A stretch of 32,334 nucleotides of DNA from Candidatus Stahliibacteriota bacterium (GTDB lineage Bacteria > Hydrothermota > Tepidihabitantia > B3-TA06): positions 1 to 32,334 of the forward strand of contig JAUVJT010000002.1 in assembly GCA_030592225.1 (NCBI GenBank). The letters run 5' to 3'. The stretch's first letter is position 1, and each line of letters begins with the position of its first letter. Both the position numbers and the translations under genes were made by a program. Positions 31,701 to 32,334 of this stretch are shown here, one piece after another. The notes under the pieces are model-generated. The model did no database searches, was not told the origin of the DNA, and saw only the letters and a program-made list of their open reading frames with translations.

Positions 31701-32334
31701 TCACCACCCTCCACCTCCACCGCCGCCGGAAAAGCCTCCTCCCCCAAAGCTTCCCCCTGAAAAACCGCCGCCACTACTGCCGCTGGACGAACCGGAGCCA
31801 AAGGCAGACCAGAACCTGCCCTTCTTACCCTTCGCCTTGCCTATTGCGCCAACGATGCTGAGAATAATCAGGGTGATAACTCCCAGGAATCCTCCCAACC
31901 ACACCACAAGGAACAGGATCGAGCAAATCGTCTCACCAATCCCGGCGCGGGACTCTTTAACAGCTGGTGCTCCCTGGGTTCGGCTAAACTCCACCTCGTA
32001 GTATTCTCCGATACGTACCGCGTACAGCTGCAGTGCCAGAAGGATTCCTTCACCGTACTCTTCCGATCTGAAGCGCGGCGCCAGAACCTGACGGTATATC
32101 TGGTCAACTACAGCGTCAGGTATGATTGCCTCCATCCCGGTGCCGGTTGCAGTGAATACCTCACGGTCGTCAATGGCCACCACCATGATAAGCCCGTTGT
32201 CTGCACCCTCCTGTCCTACCTCCCACTTCTCGCCGACATTTGCAGCGTAAAGCCAGGGTTCCTCGCCCCCGGTGGTGGATATGGTCAGCACCGCCATCTC
32301 GGCGGTGGTTTTACGTTCCACCTCGCGGCACAGG
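31701..32334 (-). CDS. TPM-domain protein with TM helix and Gly-rich tail (5'-partial; runs off the window)
   Basis: The frame stays open to the window edge, so GTG 32321 is internal. TPM pattern (AEMAVLTI......EPW.YAA.VGEKWEVG...ADNGLIMVVAIDDREV...TG.GME), a TM segment, and a GSSGGGFSGGSFGGGGFSGGGGGGGW tail. Confidence 0.8.
   Translation of the reverse strand, partial: LCREVERKTTAEMAVLTISTTGGEEPWLYAANVGEKWEVGQEGADNGLIMVVAIDDREVFTATGTGMEAIIPDAVVDQIYRQVLAPRFRSEEYGEGILLALQLYAVRIGEYYEVEFSRTQGAPAVKESRAGIGETICSILFLVVWLGGFLGVITLIILSIVGAIGKAKGKKGRFWSAFGSGSSSGSSGGGFSGGSFGGGGFSGGGGGGGW

Noticed and set aside
31690-32001. 103-aa proline-rich ORF (PPPPPPPEKPPPPK) on the plus strand
   Set aside because: It is the antisense reading of the Gly-rich tail of the TPM-domain gene. 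This is a mirror artefact.

Overview
This 32.3-kb window looks chromosomal and probably comes from an uncultivated Gram-negative bacterium of the FCB-type lineage. That placement is an inference from two cargo proteins with T9SS-type C-terminal sorting domains, LVIVD-like repeats and small outer-membrane beta-barrels. I call 34 protein genes and one gene remnant. I saw no rRNA, tRNA, CRISPR array, transposase, integrase or reverse transcriptase.

Gene content in order:
- A visibly AT-richer block (141-2602): a discoidin-domain lipoprotein, LemA, a LITAF-like zinc-ribbon membrane protein and a lipoprotein.
- An aldehyde dehydrogenase.
- A minus-strand sulfur-relay cluster, tusA-dsrE-dsrF-dsrH, ending in a GcvH-like lipoyl protein.
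- Two small orphan genes.
- An overlapping tldD/pmbA pair.
- A secreted 398-aa protein plus three tandem small OM beta-barrels.
- An AT-rich orphan gene.
- A three-gene NuoE/NuoF/(NuoG-N-terminus::GltD) putative electron-bifurcating oxidoreductase.
- An AT-rich secreted orphan.
- asd, then three tandem M23 peptidase paralogues and two tandem lspA paralogues.
- Two T9SS cargo proteins.
- A canonical TPM-LemA pair that runs off the right edge.

Non-genic structure that stands out:
- A modular dispersed repeat family built from phased ATCTGYG / CCACAGA units. Two copies of about 190 bp, each bounded by inverted repeats, flank tusA.
- An identical 26-nt hairpin downstream of two AT-rich orphan genes.
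- A duplicated 3' gene end bracketing the LemA cassette.
- A series of near-consensus TTGACA-N16/17-TATACT promoters. Five of them sit 5-8 nt from an ATG with no Shine-Dalgarno, which predicts leaderless mRNAs.

I found no clear-cut novel multi-gene system. The best candidates are the DsrEFH-GcvH-like operon, the non-canonical LemA cassette and the repeat family.

All product calls come from motif recognition by eye. No similarity search, RNA folding or composition calculation was run.
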